Assembly (NCBI RefSeq): GCF_964355755.1
Contig: NC_092671.1
Location: 13,702,001-13,766,000 of the forward strand
Length of the DNA: 64,000 nt
From: Antedon mediterranea
Taxonomy: Eukaryota > Animalia > Echinodermata
Direction: 5' to 3'
Part shown: piece after piece, positions 1 to 26,410 of the stretch
Position numbering within the stretch: position 1 is the first letter of the stretch
Layout: the number at the start of each line of letters is the position of its first letter
Notes under the pieces: generated by a model
Told to the model about the DNA's origin: nothing
The model's database searches: none
Seen by the model: only the letters and a program-made list of their open reading frames with translations
Made by a program: the position numbers and the translations under genes

Positions 1-427
1 GACAAGCATTATTGGAACAAGCATTTAATACTGAGATAGCAAATAAATTATATTTTAATTTCTCTTGAATTACTTGATACGTGAATAGAATTCCATCTGC
101 TTTTAAACTTACATGTTTCACAGAATGTTCCAGTGTAGCAAGACGGACAGGTACACGTGTAAGCAGTACAGGAACCAGAAACCTGGACACAACCAGCTCC
201 ATTTTGACAAGCATTATTGGAACAAGCATTTAATACTGAAATAGCAAATAAATTATATTTTAATTTCTCTTTAATTACTGATACGTGAATAGAATTCCAT
301 CTCCTTTTAAACTTACATGTTTCACAGAACTGTCCAGTGTAGCAGGATGGACAGCTACACGTGTATGCAGTACACGAACCAGAAATCTGGACACAACCAG
401 CTCCATTTTGACAAGCATTATTTAATA
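1..427 (-). CDS. Gene A: start of the 8-Cys EGF exon array (exons 317-427, 113-235, and <1-30), continuing off the left edge
   Basis: Exon 113-235 is 123 nt with cag acceptor and gtaag donor and encodes LNACSNNACQNGAGCVQVSGSCTAYTCTCPSCYTGTFCET, nearly identical to exons at 44995-64000. Exon 317-427 has a 12-nt in-frame deletion removing Cys1 and an aag acceptor. Confidence 0.8.
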
Positions 428-509
428 CTTAAACATTATTTTATTATTGTCATATTTTACTTTCCCTTGATTTACTTTGGCACGTGAATAGAATTTCATC
501 TGCGGCCCA

Positions 510-767
510 TGTGCGCTCTTTAATTGTTAACCATTGTATATTGCATGCTCGGTCGATTTTGGTAGCGGGAAAACCCCGAGGATTGGCGAACACAACGTTC
601 GCCATTTACAAAGACATTGGTCTAAATTTGCCGTTCTAATTATAGACTAATGGATAAAGGGGAATTAAAAGGTGCTCCAGCTCGAACAGGGGTAGGCCTA
701 CTATCGGACTTGCGGTTTGGGAGGAGATAGAGGAACAAATTTTTGCTTAGTGCTATTATAATATAGA
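510..767 (-). mobile_element. Helitron-like 5'-terminal fragment (TCTATATTATAATAGCACTAAG...) in an EGF intron
   Basis: On the minus strand it starts with TC directly after an A where uninterrupted introns read AAAA|TATAATT. The same module recurs in the 46-64 kb array. No 3' hairpin-CTRR end was found. Confidence 0.55.
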
Positions 768-2385
768 TTTTACTTTCCATTGATTTACTTTGTATATAAA
801 ATTGGTTCGTACTTTCGGTACTGTTTTTAACCACCTGACGTAACCCTGTTTACTAATTAAATTGAGTTAGATAATTAGTTATTGACGATTAAAACGAATT
901 TAGGTTCAACGATTTCCCCCAAATAGGGGTGTTTTCCGATCATGGTATATACTGACTAATGGATGTCCATCTTGAAAAATACCCGCCACAAAAATGCGAG
1001 GAGGCTTCGCATTTTCCTATCTCCTCCTACGATAATTGTTTTTAATAGCTGAAAACTGGTTGAACAGCTAGAGTACAGCATCATAATGTTGAAGACAGGC
1101 CGATTTTCTTTTAAAAAAATACTATTTTGATAGATTTAATATACGATTATACAAATGTATTGATTTGCGATGAATGGAACATCCCAATCTCTCAGTCTGC
1201 CAGAGTTTGGTTTAGCACAAGTAGGTAAATTTATGAGCCCTTGGTTTAACACATACGGTAGGTAAATATATGGGCCCTTTGAGAATAAACTTGCAATACG
1301 TTGACAATACTGTAAATACCTATTAACTATTTTTGGTACTCATTTGAATCGAACATTTCTTACTGTGAATGTTCGTACTGTTAGATGTAATATAAAAATA
1401 TATACAAATAAACTTTATTACTGAGATTGTGGTTAGGCTTTACTGTTAGATATATAAACACATTATTATATACAAATAAACTTTATACTGACAGTTCCTT
1501 CTCAACGTTTGTATTAATTAATAATTACCAATAATATAAACGTCGTAGTGGTGTATCGTAACATGTACTTTAATATTTCAATTGATTATGACAGTGACAG
1601 TTTTAACAAAGTATTAAATCGCAAATGTTTTACTGTATTTAGAGGTATATTATTTATAGGCCTATAAAACATGAACAAAATATTTCGTTACTGAGTGGAT
1701 AAAGAATATATTTAAAAATTGTTCCTCTTTGTACCTATCCGCTTTCCCATCCCTCAACCCTAATGTTACATACAAAACACAAATTGGGTTTGTTTAAATG
1801 AGTCCAAATCAAATATTTGGACTCATTTTGTGACAAGTTTCTCTTTTGGAAGTACGGTAATTCCCAGGGTGAACATTTCAGTTGACTACATAAATCATCG
1901 TGTCTATTTATTCGTTTCTGTAAACGACAATAACTATAGTCCTGCGGTACATAAGTGTAAAAATAAACCCCCTTTTCTTACGCCGAAATTACTTTGTATT
2001 CGAGAACCATCTGTGGGCACGACCTAGTCAAGAATAATTTTGCTTAAATCAAGATTGAAAAATTCTTTAAAAATCTTTATTTTGAGAAAAAAGCAATATA
2101 CAGTATCCTTATCAAGAATATTTGTTCTTAACAAGATTTATCAATTATTAGAAATACTTGAGATATATTTGACTTAAAATAAGTCGCTTACTATTGTGTA
2201 TCCATTATTATATATCAAGAATATTTTTGCTTAAAACTAGATACGCAAAATTCTTTAAAATACTTAATTTAATAAGAATTCAATAGAAACAAAAATCGTA
2301 TAAATAATTTGTAATATTCTATGATACTATGTAATACACAAGGTAAGATTGTAAATTCACTCTTCCCTCTGCATAGGCTTACTAA

Positions 2386-2425
2386 AGCTTGGTTCACACT
2401 AGCGACGTCTAGTGGGAACCAAGCT
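2386..2425. mobile_element. 40-bp minimal PIF/Harbinger-like MITE remnant
   Basis: AGCTTGGTTCACACTAG-cgacgt-CTAGTGGGAACCAAGCT: 17-bp inverted arms with 1 mismatch, flanked by TAA on both sides. Confidence 0.6.
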
Positions 2426-2693
2426 TAAGTAATGATAAACAAAACAATAGCCTAAAGTACTTTAGTAAGTCCATGGTTCTCAGAACAAATATCATTTATA
2501 TTATTATTTAGTAAACAAATGAGGTAGTAGTTGTACACTTCTACCCTACAAGGCTTAGTTCCTTGAGTTTTATGAAGTGTCACTGTTTTCATGTTGATCA
2601 TCTCAAATAGGTAAGGTCTTTGTTTCAAGCAAGTCAAAGATTACCATTTTTACACGGCACTCAAAAGATACGGTAATAAGCACACAAACTTAC

Positions 2694-2744
2694 ATATTTC
2701 ACAAGTTTCTCCTGTATAGCAGACTGGACACGTTCCATTGAAAA
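2694..2744 (-). CDS. Gene A: 51-nt phase 1-1 exon, C-terminal half of an EGF-like module
   Basis: ttag acceptor, gtaag donor; encodes FNGTCPVCYTGETCEI, matching the CPxCYTGxxCE tail of the 8-Cys module. Confidence 0.65.
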
Positions 2745-2935
2745 CTAATAAAACAGTTGACAAAAAAAAAACATTTAAAACGGAATTAAAATCAGTAATT
2801 GTTTGTGTACTGTATGTTGCTTGCATTTTCATTCCTGAGAATTTGTGGTTGGTTCAATTTTGTCATATCAGTATATTTTTCCGCACAATATTCTACAACT
2901 GGATGTTCAAATCGGATTGTAGAAATTGAATTTAC

Positions 2936-3032
2936 CATTCGGTATGGTACAATGGGCAGTGTCATTATTGATCGCATGCCCCACAAGGAACGATTCTGTA
3001 TGTCGGTACTTCATATGCAGACACAGCTGAAT
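2936..3032 (-). CDS. Possible gene A exon or pseudo-exon (97 nt)
   Basis: ccag acceptor, gtaaat donor; one open frame IQLCLHMKYRHTESFLVGHAINNDTAHCTIPN. It is phase 0-1, which does not match the upstream phase-1 EGF exon; the phase-1 reading hits TAA. Confidence 0.3.
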
Positions 3033-3488
3033 CTGGAATTTATTTTATTCATGCCAAATATAATCAAATTTCGATCAATACACACGATTTATTTATTATT
3101 ATACACATATAGTAAGGATTGTTTATTAGTTGGTGTGATGATATAAATATTTTCATGAGGTGAAAAATAAAATGTTTTATTGAAAATATTCTATATTTCA
3201 TTGCACAAATATAAAAAAAATAATTTGTTTTATACTAAAATGTATTCACTTTGTATTGTAGGGACTTTCCTAGCATGCCTAGCAGCAGCGAATAACCATT
3301 TGTGTGCTTCAGTAAATAAATAACCACGAAGGGGTTGGTTCTCAGTATTTAACATTTTACAATTACGTCAGAGTAGGGCAAACCTGTTAACACTTCACAC
3401 ATCGTTTTAATAGCTCTAATGGCGCTATAATAGTATTGGACTTGCGGTTTAGGAGGAGATAGTAGAACAATTTTTGGCTTAGTGCTAT

Positions 3489-5109
3489 TGTAACATGGTG
3501 GGACCAAACCCTATTAGTCACACAGGCTATTCACCCCTTACTCTCCCCGATGCCTACTTAACTTGGAACACTACATTCCTGAGGTGGGTCTTCCAAGGAA
3601 AGTCAATCAGGATGTGGTACCATTTAATTAGTCATCCTTCCTGTCCCTTTAATATAAATATATGTTTTGTAGTTAAGTTAGTTAGTTCGGGTATTGATTC
3701 TTGAGACTATAACATCAGTCAGAATCACTACGTTTCACATTGTTTTATAATATTACTTTTTGATTGAATAAATATTATATTTTGTACATTGAATAATTGT
3801 GTGCCATCGTTATTGTCTTGGCCCTCGACACGACTACCGTTACATGGTGGCAGCGGTTTTTACGAACTCACGAAGAAAAATAAATTTATACAGTCGACCA
3901 AGCTGTAGAATTTGAAAAGAAGCTGATTTTTATTTCCGAAACGGATTTTGTTTTCAACACAAGTAAAGAGTGAGTAGTAACCAATCTACACTCTTGGACA
4001 CAACAACAAGGAACACAAAGGAACACAGAGAGCAACACAAGTAAAGAGTGAGTAGTAACCATTCTACACTCTTGGAAACAACAAACACAAGAAACACGAT
4101 GTGTATGTTGAATTGTGTTTTATTGGTTCTCCCCTCCTGCCCATTGGGTACAAGAAGCTTTTCACAACTATGTTCCCTGAATGAAGTTAATTATAATGGA
4201 TCACAAGAAACTTTTAACACTTACATGAGAATTACTTATTGATAAACTATTTCACTTTATTCCTCGGATTGATGAGAAACTTGAATCCAGAAATGTACAC
4301 TTTTTAAAGATTTTCTTCAAGATATAGTGGACAGTCAACTGCAGTTATGTCGTTCTCAAATTTTTTTGTTATGAACTGAATTTTGGGAAGCAGGTCAACT
4401 TGTTTCTAGGCAACAGCTGATTGATGTATCCATCAGGAGTAAATACAGGAGTTACTAAATTTATGACCTGCTGACTATCATTTTCAACTGAACATGTTTG
4501 TTGAGCTATATAGTATTATGTACACTTTATATTATTATTATTACTTTTAATTTGGGAATTTTGACCAATTTTACTTTTACTTTTGTATGTTTTGCCACGT
4601 TTGCCGATTTATTGATTTGTGACGATTTGCGTTACTTTTCAGTTTTGTTTAGATTTAAGATGTTCGTAGTTAAGTGTTTTTTTTCTCCATACATTTTTGG
4701 CTCAGTGACTCGTTGGTTTCGAAGACACGGCTTCGAATTGACGAGCGGGGGAATGTAACATGGTGGGACCAAACCCTATTAGTCACACAGGCTATTCACC
4801 CCTTACTCTCCCCGATGCCTACTTAACTTGGAACACTACATTCCTGAGGTGGGTCTTCCAAGGAAAGTCAATCAGGATGTGGTACCATTTAATTAGTCAT
4901 CCTTCCTGTCCCCTTAATATAAATATATGTTTTGTAGTTAAGTTAGTTAGTTCGGGTATTGATTCTTGAGACTATAACATCAGTCAGAATCACTACGTTT
5001 CACATTGTTTTATAATATTACTTTTTGATTGAATAAATATTATATTTTGTACATTGAATAATTGTGTGCCATCGTTATTGTCTTGGCCCTCGACACGACT
5101 ACCGTTACA
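3489..5109 (+). mobile_element. Non-autonomous LTR retrotransposon (TRIM-like), 1621 bp
   Basis: LTRs 3489-3844 and 4754-5109 (356 bp, TGTAAC...GTTACA, one difference seen). PBS TGGTGGCAGCGGT at 3845 (complement of tRNA-Leu 3' end). Purine tract GAGCGGGGGAA before the 3' LTR. TSD GCTAT at 3484-3488 and 5110-5114. 909-bp internal region with no gag/pol ORF. Confidence 0.93.
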
Positions 5110-5191
5110 GCTATTTATAGAAGTTGAATATTGCTGTTCCGTCGTACCACGCCAAGAGTCGTTATCCAATCGAGTTTGAACAATCATGAAA

Positions 5192-5264
5192 GCCCCAGTG
5201 GTCTAATGGTTAGGACATCTGCATATTAAGCAGAAGGTTCCGAGTTCGAATCTCACCAGAGACA
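5192..5264 (+). pseudogene. tRNA-like sequence, one per 2-kb unit (other copies start at ~7883, 9854, 11823, 13794, 16142, 18490)
   Basis: 73 nt with A box TGGTCTAATGG, D stem GTCT/GGAC, perfect anticodon stem TCTGC/GCAGA with loop ATATTAA, B box GAGTTCGAATC and a following T6. Acceptor and T stems pair poorly. Confidence 0.7.
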
Positions 5265-5374
5265 TTTTTTACAAACAACTAAAAAAAATATGGAACTTTC
5301 GCCGATGAACTATGCTCGACACGATTATAAGATCATGTTCCGAACATGAGCACTGTTTCAATAATGAAAAATAC

Positions 5375-19253
<13,879 letters not shown>

Positions 19254-19589
19254 CTGTATCATAACATTGATTATAATTAGCATTGTAATTGAAACCTTTC
19301 ACAATGTAATTGTTGTTATTCAGAAACATGGATAGACTGGGACGCATTATATTTTTTCCTTATTAGGTTAAGGCAGAAACTATAGAGGGCTTGAATCCAC
19401 ACATGAATATTCGCAACTCAACGATCGACAGGAAAACAGGCTTTAACAACATCAAGAGAAAAATCGAATAAAAATATGTATATTTTTCAATACATTTACA
19501 CTAAATTACCCATTTTTTAGCACACGTTTATTAAGTTCATTTATTTTGCAATTAATCATCAAAATGAATGAAATCTACTACAAAAGGTG

Positions 19590-20240
19590 TGCAAAACGAA
19601 AAAAAATTTGAACATTTTGAAATTCTCAAAATTACCTGAAATGTACGCGAAATTGATTAGAAATAATTTTTGCGCATTTTAAATTTTCAAATTTCGTGTG
19701 AAACACGCCATTTTTACTCCATAGAAAGTTGACCCATAATATGAATTATACTTTTATTTCATGGAAACATATTTGTTGGTTCTAAATGTATGATCAGCAG
19801 GTAATTCATAAAATGGCGCGTAGCTTACGCTACGCGGCTCTGAAATCGTCGAAAAGCTTGGATGCACATCTACAATTCAAAGTCAATCTTCACCAAGTTA
19901 TAAAACGATGCGCACAAAAATCGTTAAAAGAAAAAATAACAAAGAAGATGAAAAAAAAATCCTGGCATTCACAAGGGTTATCCACAACAAAAGTTGCAGA
20001 TAACCAACAAGAGAAAAAAAGAAACAGGACAGTAGCAATGAGTTATCCATTATAGTGCGGATAGCGAATAACTAAAAAGAAACAGGACAGTAGCAATGAG
20101 TTATCCATTATAGTGCGGATAGCGAATAACTAAACAGAAACAGGACAGTAGCAATGAGTTATCCATTATAGTGCGGATAGCGAATAACTAAACAGAAACA
20201 GGACAGTAACAAGGAGGTATCTCCGCTATAGTGTAGATAA
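19590..20240. mobile_element. Helentron/Helitron2-like non-autonomous fragment ending in a 58-bp tandem repeat (20021-~20230, ~3.5 copies)
   Basis: Similar to 29700-30160 and 34500-35120. Repeat unit GAAACAGGACAGTAGCAATGAGTTATCCATTATAGTGCGGATAGCGAATAACTAAA carries the TTATCC...GGATA hairpin. Confidence 0.55.
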
Positions 20241-20315
20241 CAATCATTTAATGAAGAAAAGAACAATACTTAAAACTGTTACGTTAAATAGTTTATGTCT
20301 ACACTAACTTAATAC

Positions 20316-20432
20316 CTTCACAGTTATCACCAGAAACCCAAGCTGGACAACTGCAAAAGTAGTTTTCTCTAATTGAGCTTTGAAAACACGTTCCTCCGTT
20401 GAGACATGGTTCAGATGAGCAGGACAACATAG
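20316..20432 (-). CDS. Gene A: first EGF exon (single diverged copy)
   Basis: 117 nt, ttcag acceptor, gtatt donor; encodes [38 protein letters not shown]. Confidence 0.88.
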
Positions 20433-20821
20433 CTGAAATACAATAGATAGTATGGGCATATGCTTTTTAATTTGTATATGAACAAAACCTTACGATATGT
20501 ATCTTTATATTCAGAAGCGTGTTATCAATTAACATTAAATACTGGTACGGTAAAAAACCTCTATTGCATGATTAGCTCTCTGGAATGCGGGCTGCAGTAT
20601 AGTTAGTTTTACCTTTTACTGTACTATTTGTTTTGTATATAAATAAAACATTTTGGATCTTTCTATTCAAAAAGGTTAAACATCCTTTAGATACGACCTA
20701 CTTTAGCTAATGATACTAACAGTAAATCATGGTTCATTAATTTAAATGACCTCTGTGCGTAGGTATAATTGTTGGATGGAAATAATAATTAAATAATATA
20801 ATTTTAATAATTTAAACTCAC

Positions 20822-20900
20822 ATTGTGCAGAAGTTAAATTTACAAGAAGAGCAGCAACAGTTATGCCACAAACTATGCGCATTGTTTGGTTTTCACTCAT
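20822..20900 (-). CDS. Gene A: first coding exon, signal peptide
   Basis: MSENQTMRIVCGITVAALLVNLTSAQ, then a gtgagt donor in phase 1 compatible with the EGF exons. A second ATG lies at 20882. Confidence 0.8.
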
Positions 20901-20954
20901 ATAGTTCAGTAAGTTGAAAAACAAGCTGAAAATCATACACATTTAGCTTACTCA

Positions 20955-20964
20955 TTTATATAAA
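20955..20964 (-). promoter_or_regulatory. Candidate TATA box of gene A
   Basis: TTTATATAAA about 55 nt upstream of the first ATG; weak evidence in an AT-rich background. Confidence 0.35.
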
Positions 20965-21105
20965 CTATAGGTAGTATTATACTGTCTGCCTGTAAGATGT
21001 TTGTTTCTGTTTTGAAATATAAATGGTTGACGAACTTATAGTAATTAGGCCTATATATATAAGCGTTCTCCAAATCTATATTGAAAGGATGTAAGATTGC
21101 TTTAA

Positions 21106-21532
21106 AGGCCAGGTGCGGTCAAAAAATTTCTATTGATCATATATTCCAATAATTATCGATCTATAGTTTCCCCTATGTTTCATAATTGTTGGGATTTTAT
21201 TTGTGTTACACGAGCTTGTAGAAAACAAGCACTTTCTTATCAGTGGGGGGATAGTTCAAATTACACAGTAAAATCTCTATTCTTTTGTACACAAATTTTG
21301 TAAATATAGAAGCATTTTAAAAAGCTATGAAAAGCAAACGGTGTGGTAAAAAATGTTATCAGATGACTAAATATAGGTAATATAACTTGAATATAGCAGA
21401 ATTTTGCCAAATCTTGTATTTGACCATTTTAAGGGAAATTTATGTTTTTTCGTCTTGATTCCTTTTACAAATACTTGATTTATGTACAATTAACCAGATA
21501 TTATATTTAAAATTCATGCCTGTACCTGAGCT
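21106..21532. mobile_element. Kolobok-like MITE
   Basis: TTAA|AGGCCAGGT...ACCTGAGCT|TTAA: AG...CT termini, imperfect TIRs, TTAA on both sides. Confidence 0.55.
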
Positions 21533-21894
21533 TTAAGGCAACCAAACAGTGTATGGAATTCATGACAAACATTCTTTATAAATGTCTAATTTTTTTAAAT
21601 ATGTATACCATTTATAAACTTTGGTTTATGATAAAGGAAATTAAATTATGGTTTTAAACAATGATACATTAAATATTTGAATAAAGGAAAAAAGGAAATG
21701 TTTTTACCTTAGCCAGTAGACGAATATCAAAACTATGTAAAAATACTCGGTTGTTCCTTGTGAATATAGGTAAGTCAGTCCTTATAATATCATTTTACAA
21801 AATAGTAAAAGGACATGGCCGATCCCATATAATTATTGTCATTTAAATTATTGCAATATGCTTTAGTAAACACAAGTAATTGTAGCTGTGTTAA

Positions 21895-24800
21895 TTTCAG
21901 ATCCCAATTGTCATTTAAAATGTCTTTATGTTCACACAAAATATGCTATAAGCTCCACTAAACACCGATGGGCTAGTACTTAAGCGCCTTGAGCACTTTC
22001 GTGGATATGTGTGCTGTATAAATCTTATTATTATTTATTATTTATTATTATTAACTCATGACCAGGTTACAATTGGCAACACCAGTGAAATGTACGATAT
22101 TTACAATAATCAGGAACCATCATAAAGTACTGTACAACGTCTTGTTGCGATAATCTTCGGCGTACAATATAATAATGAAGTTATATATTCCAGATACGCA
22201 CGATTATAATGTATAAATAAATATTTTTATGATAGAGTAGGGAATTCGTTGAACAATTCATGATGTACGTTATTTATGGCAGGCGAACGATAATTAGTCT
22301 ACATTCATCTGTATGATGGATGAAACTAAGCACATACTACATAAAACAAAATGTTTATTAATCTGTGTATCATATTATGTGTGGGTACATACAGTAGTAA
22401 ATACACATAGAAAATAATCTATTTCATAAGTATACATTTCTGGGTAAAAGAATTAGGCCCTAGACAAGTTACATTTAATCAATATGCACCACCTAAATCA
22501 CCAACAAAATAATATACTTTCTGCTTTCTTTGCCAGTAGGCTTGAGAGGGCGTTATCTACTGTTACCAGTAATATTTGTTGATAAACATTCCATAAACTA
22601 ATAATATTTAGTAATTATTTTCAGTTAAAACCAAAAGTAAAAGTCAACAAAATTTTAAAAAACAATTATAAAACAATAAGTAAACATATAGTGTTGGTGT
22701 ATGTAAGGTAATGTTGTATAAAAGTATTGTAATTTAATAATTTGGACTTGGACTAAACTCACAAACCAATAAATGCAAATTCTTCTTTATAATTTACTGG
22801 ACCGCATAGTAAGGCAAATAAAATAAAATGAAAGGAAACGCATTATTGTATAAAGAAACCCGAACTAAATAAATAAAATGTAAGTCTCTCTCGAAATTTC
22901 ATATTGAATTTCAAAGTTTACTTCAAATACGATACAAATACCTTCTTTGCTATACAAAGTAAAAATTACGTTTGAGAGATACGTTTCTATAGTCACTAAA
23001 ATGTTAAAAATGACAAGTTTATAGGGGAGCGTGCAGAAGATCACCCTCCTCATCAAATATATAATAATATATTACCCGAAGGCTAAATAAAGAATGAGTG
23101 AATGAGCGGTTGCTCTGATTATGATTATTATTCTAGAGAAATGTGCCATAATTATCGAAGTTTTTTTAATCTAATATTAAATAGCATAGCATTTTGGCAC
23201 TAAATTTTATTTTAAGAAATGACAAAGTACAATGAATACATTGGTTCAATGTGTGTGTGTGGTGGGACGAAGAATGAGAGTATAAATGGCCTATTCTTTT
23301 CTGTAAGCATCAATAATAAGGAAACAAATTAGTAAATTCATCGTGACCTGGTTGATTTTATGTTCATAAAAAGGTGAAACGAAACTATAGTGTGGGTATA
23401 TGCAAAGTAATGTTGTATAAATGTATTGTAATTAAATAATGGGACTTCTAAACTCACGAACCAACTAGTGCAAATTCTTCTTTAGAAGTTATTGGACCGC
23501 AGAGTAAGGCAAATAAAACAAAATTAAATTAAACGCATTATGATTGTATAAAGAAACCCGAACTAAATACAAGTGTAGGTCTCTCTCGAAATTTCATATT
23601 GAATTTCAAAGTTTACTTCAAATACAATACAAATACCTTCTGAAGGTATTTGTATTCTTTGCTATACAAAGGAAAAATTACGTTTGAGAGATACGTTTCT
23701 ATAGTCACTAAAATGTTAAAAATTACAAGTTTTTAGAGGAGCGTGCAAAAAATCACCCTCTACTCTAATTATAATATCAGGTTTTCTAAGGCCGTAGCAA
23801 GAGGTTAAAAGCAGATGAGGCAAAGATGCTATAAATATAATTATATATATAAAATATGACGATCTGTGCTGGGGAATTGGGGTGGGTGATAAAAATTGAA
23901 AATTTCAGATGAGGCGAGCGCCTCGTCTGCCTCATGCTGGCTACGGCCCTGTCTTTTATGCATCCAAGCCCCCACCACCTGAAGATTGAAATTAACTATA
24001 TAGGCCTACTAAACTAGTACCAGTTTCCGATGATTCGAGATTTACTAATAATTCTGTTTTTGTAACCGTCCCGCATGGAAATTGATAGCTAACCTATAAT
24101 GCTATGAAACGTTTTTAAAAAATGGAAAAACAAAATGCTATATACCTTTACCTTGGAAAAGGAACAAGAATACTAAATGTGTTCTGCTGTTGTAATATGG
24201 TCACTGAAACTAACTATCATGTATATTTCCATTTCACCGATTAAACATTGGTATTAAAGAACCATTCGATTGAATACGACAGATCTCAATTGTCATTTAA
24301 AATGTCTTTATGTTTACACGAAATAAGTGCTATAAGCTCCACTAAACACCGATGGGCTAGTACTTAACCCATGTTCTGGTTTCAATTGGCGTACAATAGA
24401 CAATGAAGTTATATATTCCAGATACGCACTATTATAAATAAATTTTAAGACGCTCAAGGAGCTGTAGTGCTAGTGCTATGTTTGTTGATAACCATGTTCC
24501 CTCCTTCTATGAGTACATTCGGAAATCAATTTTTTGTTTCAAAACAAAAATTGAAAAAAGCTGTAGGCCTAATACTTTAATTACATGTGTTTTTTCTCGT
24601 GTTTTTTCTCGTATTCTAAAAGATTAAAAGTTGCATAGAAAATGGATAGAACTTTTGTATATATAATCTCATACTTTTACGTACTAGTATCAGTATAGCC
24701 ATAATAATGTGTTGTTTTGTAAACTATAGTAATCAATAATATACATAATCCACATGTATTTTAAGAGGCACTATATGTCAACAAATAATTATTAGTCCTC

Positions 24801-26410
24801 TCTCAATGACGGTTGTCATTTAATGCTTTGTATTATTTTTTATTGTATTTATATGTTTCATATGGACAGTTTGTCTGAAATAAAGTTGAATTGAATTGAA
24901 ATGTTTTTATGATAGGGTATGGAATGCTTTCCAGTTGTTTTTAATATCCGAATTTCTTTACGTTGATCCATTCATGACGTACGTTATTTATGGCAGGAAA
25001 ACTACATTCATCTGTATGATGGATGAAACTAAGCACATTGGTTTGTCTTATCGTCGATCAAGAGCTTCTCTCGTCCACTGCCCACCCTGACCACAGAGAA
25101 AAGACAATGCCATAAGAGTCAGCAGTGCTGATTTCAAATGTCTGATGACACCCCAGCTAGCTTCATTTGTCTAACAGAACTCGATATTGCCAGATGGTCT
25201 CCCATCCACTAAACGTTGCTTTACTCGATCCGAATTAAAACATTATTTACTAGTGCACTATTTAGTAACATTAAAAGGAATGGACTGGACAGTCATTAAA
25301 AGTAATTAAGTAATTTAATCTATTTTAGTGTTAAACTTGGCTTTCTGAATGTGAATCCTTTTACTGTTTTTACATATTTTATTATTGTGTTTTGTATGCA
25401 TTTGCGTGTAACTAGTTATATTGTATTTTTTAACCTTGGAATACGAATTTCAATTACTATGTAGTTGACAGTAAATGTTAACGTGAACTTTGAACTTTCT
25501 TTCAGTATTGCTCTTTGGAACCCCAGTCATATTGAGTGACCACGGAAAAATTGAAATGGGACATGGATCAGGCAATGCAAATCGTCTTTGAATTCAAGAT
25601 TTTCAAGTCCGGAATGTATTTTACATCAGTTTGGAACTACTTAAAATAGAAAATGTCTGTAGGCTATTTGGCATACGGTATACTCATTTGAAGACTGTTT
25701 TTTATATTTGTTATTATTATGTATTCACATTTAAGAAAAAAATAAAATACTGTAGGCTACTACATAAAAACAAAATGTTTATTAATCTGTGTATCATATT
25801 ATGTGTGGGTACATACAGTAGTAAATACACATTAGGCCTTAGAAAAGTTACATTTAATCAATATGTACCCCCTAAATCACCAACAAAATAATATACTTTC
25901 TGCTTTCTGAGAGGACGTTACTTACGGCGTTACCTACTGTTACCAGTAATATTTATTGATAAAATTACAGAAAACATTCCCTAAACTAATAATATTTAGT
26001 AATTATTTTCAGTTAAAACCAAATGTAAAAGTGTTTTTTATATTTGTTATTATGTATTCACATCTAAAAAAATAAAATACTGTAGGCTACTACATAAAAA
26101 TAAAAAGTTTATTAATCTGTGTATCATATCATGTGTGGGTACATACAGTAGTAAATACACATAGAAAATAATCTATTTCATAAGTATACATTTCTGGGTA
26201 AAAGAATTAGGCCCTAGACAAGTTACATTTAATCAATATGTACCACCTAAAACACCAACAAAATAATATACTTTCTGCTTTCTTTGTCAGTAGGCTTGAG
26301 AGGGCGTTATCTACTGTTACCAGTAATATTTTAATCAGTTAAAACCAAATGTAAAAGTCAACAAAATTTAAAAAAAAAAACAATAATAAAACAATAAGTA
26401 AACATATGTT
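21895..26410. repeat. Intergenic patchwork of local duplications
   Basis: ~22335-22690 resembles ~25755-26030 and ~26085-26410; ~22690-23050 resembles ~23385-23760; ~21895-21985 resembles ~24280-24367. Confidence 0.8.
23788..23951. mobile_element. Short hAT-like MITE with termini related to 5512-6214
   Basis: (T)AAGGCCGTAGCAAG ... CTGGCTACGGCCCTG; no clear TSD. Confidence 0.5.

Noticed and set aside
2028-2290. Degenerate TCAAGAAT/CTTAAA repeats
   Set aside because: Probably an old repeat remnant; boundaries could not be defined.
3495-4969. Duplicated 69-aa ORFs
   Set aside because: They lie inside the two LTRs; duplication reflects LTR identity.
5192-5264. Functional tRNA-Asn gene
   Set aside because: Acceptor and T stems are mispaired and the ATT anticodon is atypical; kept as tRNA-like only.
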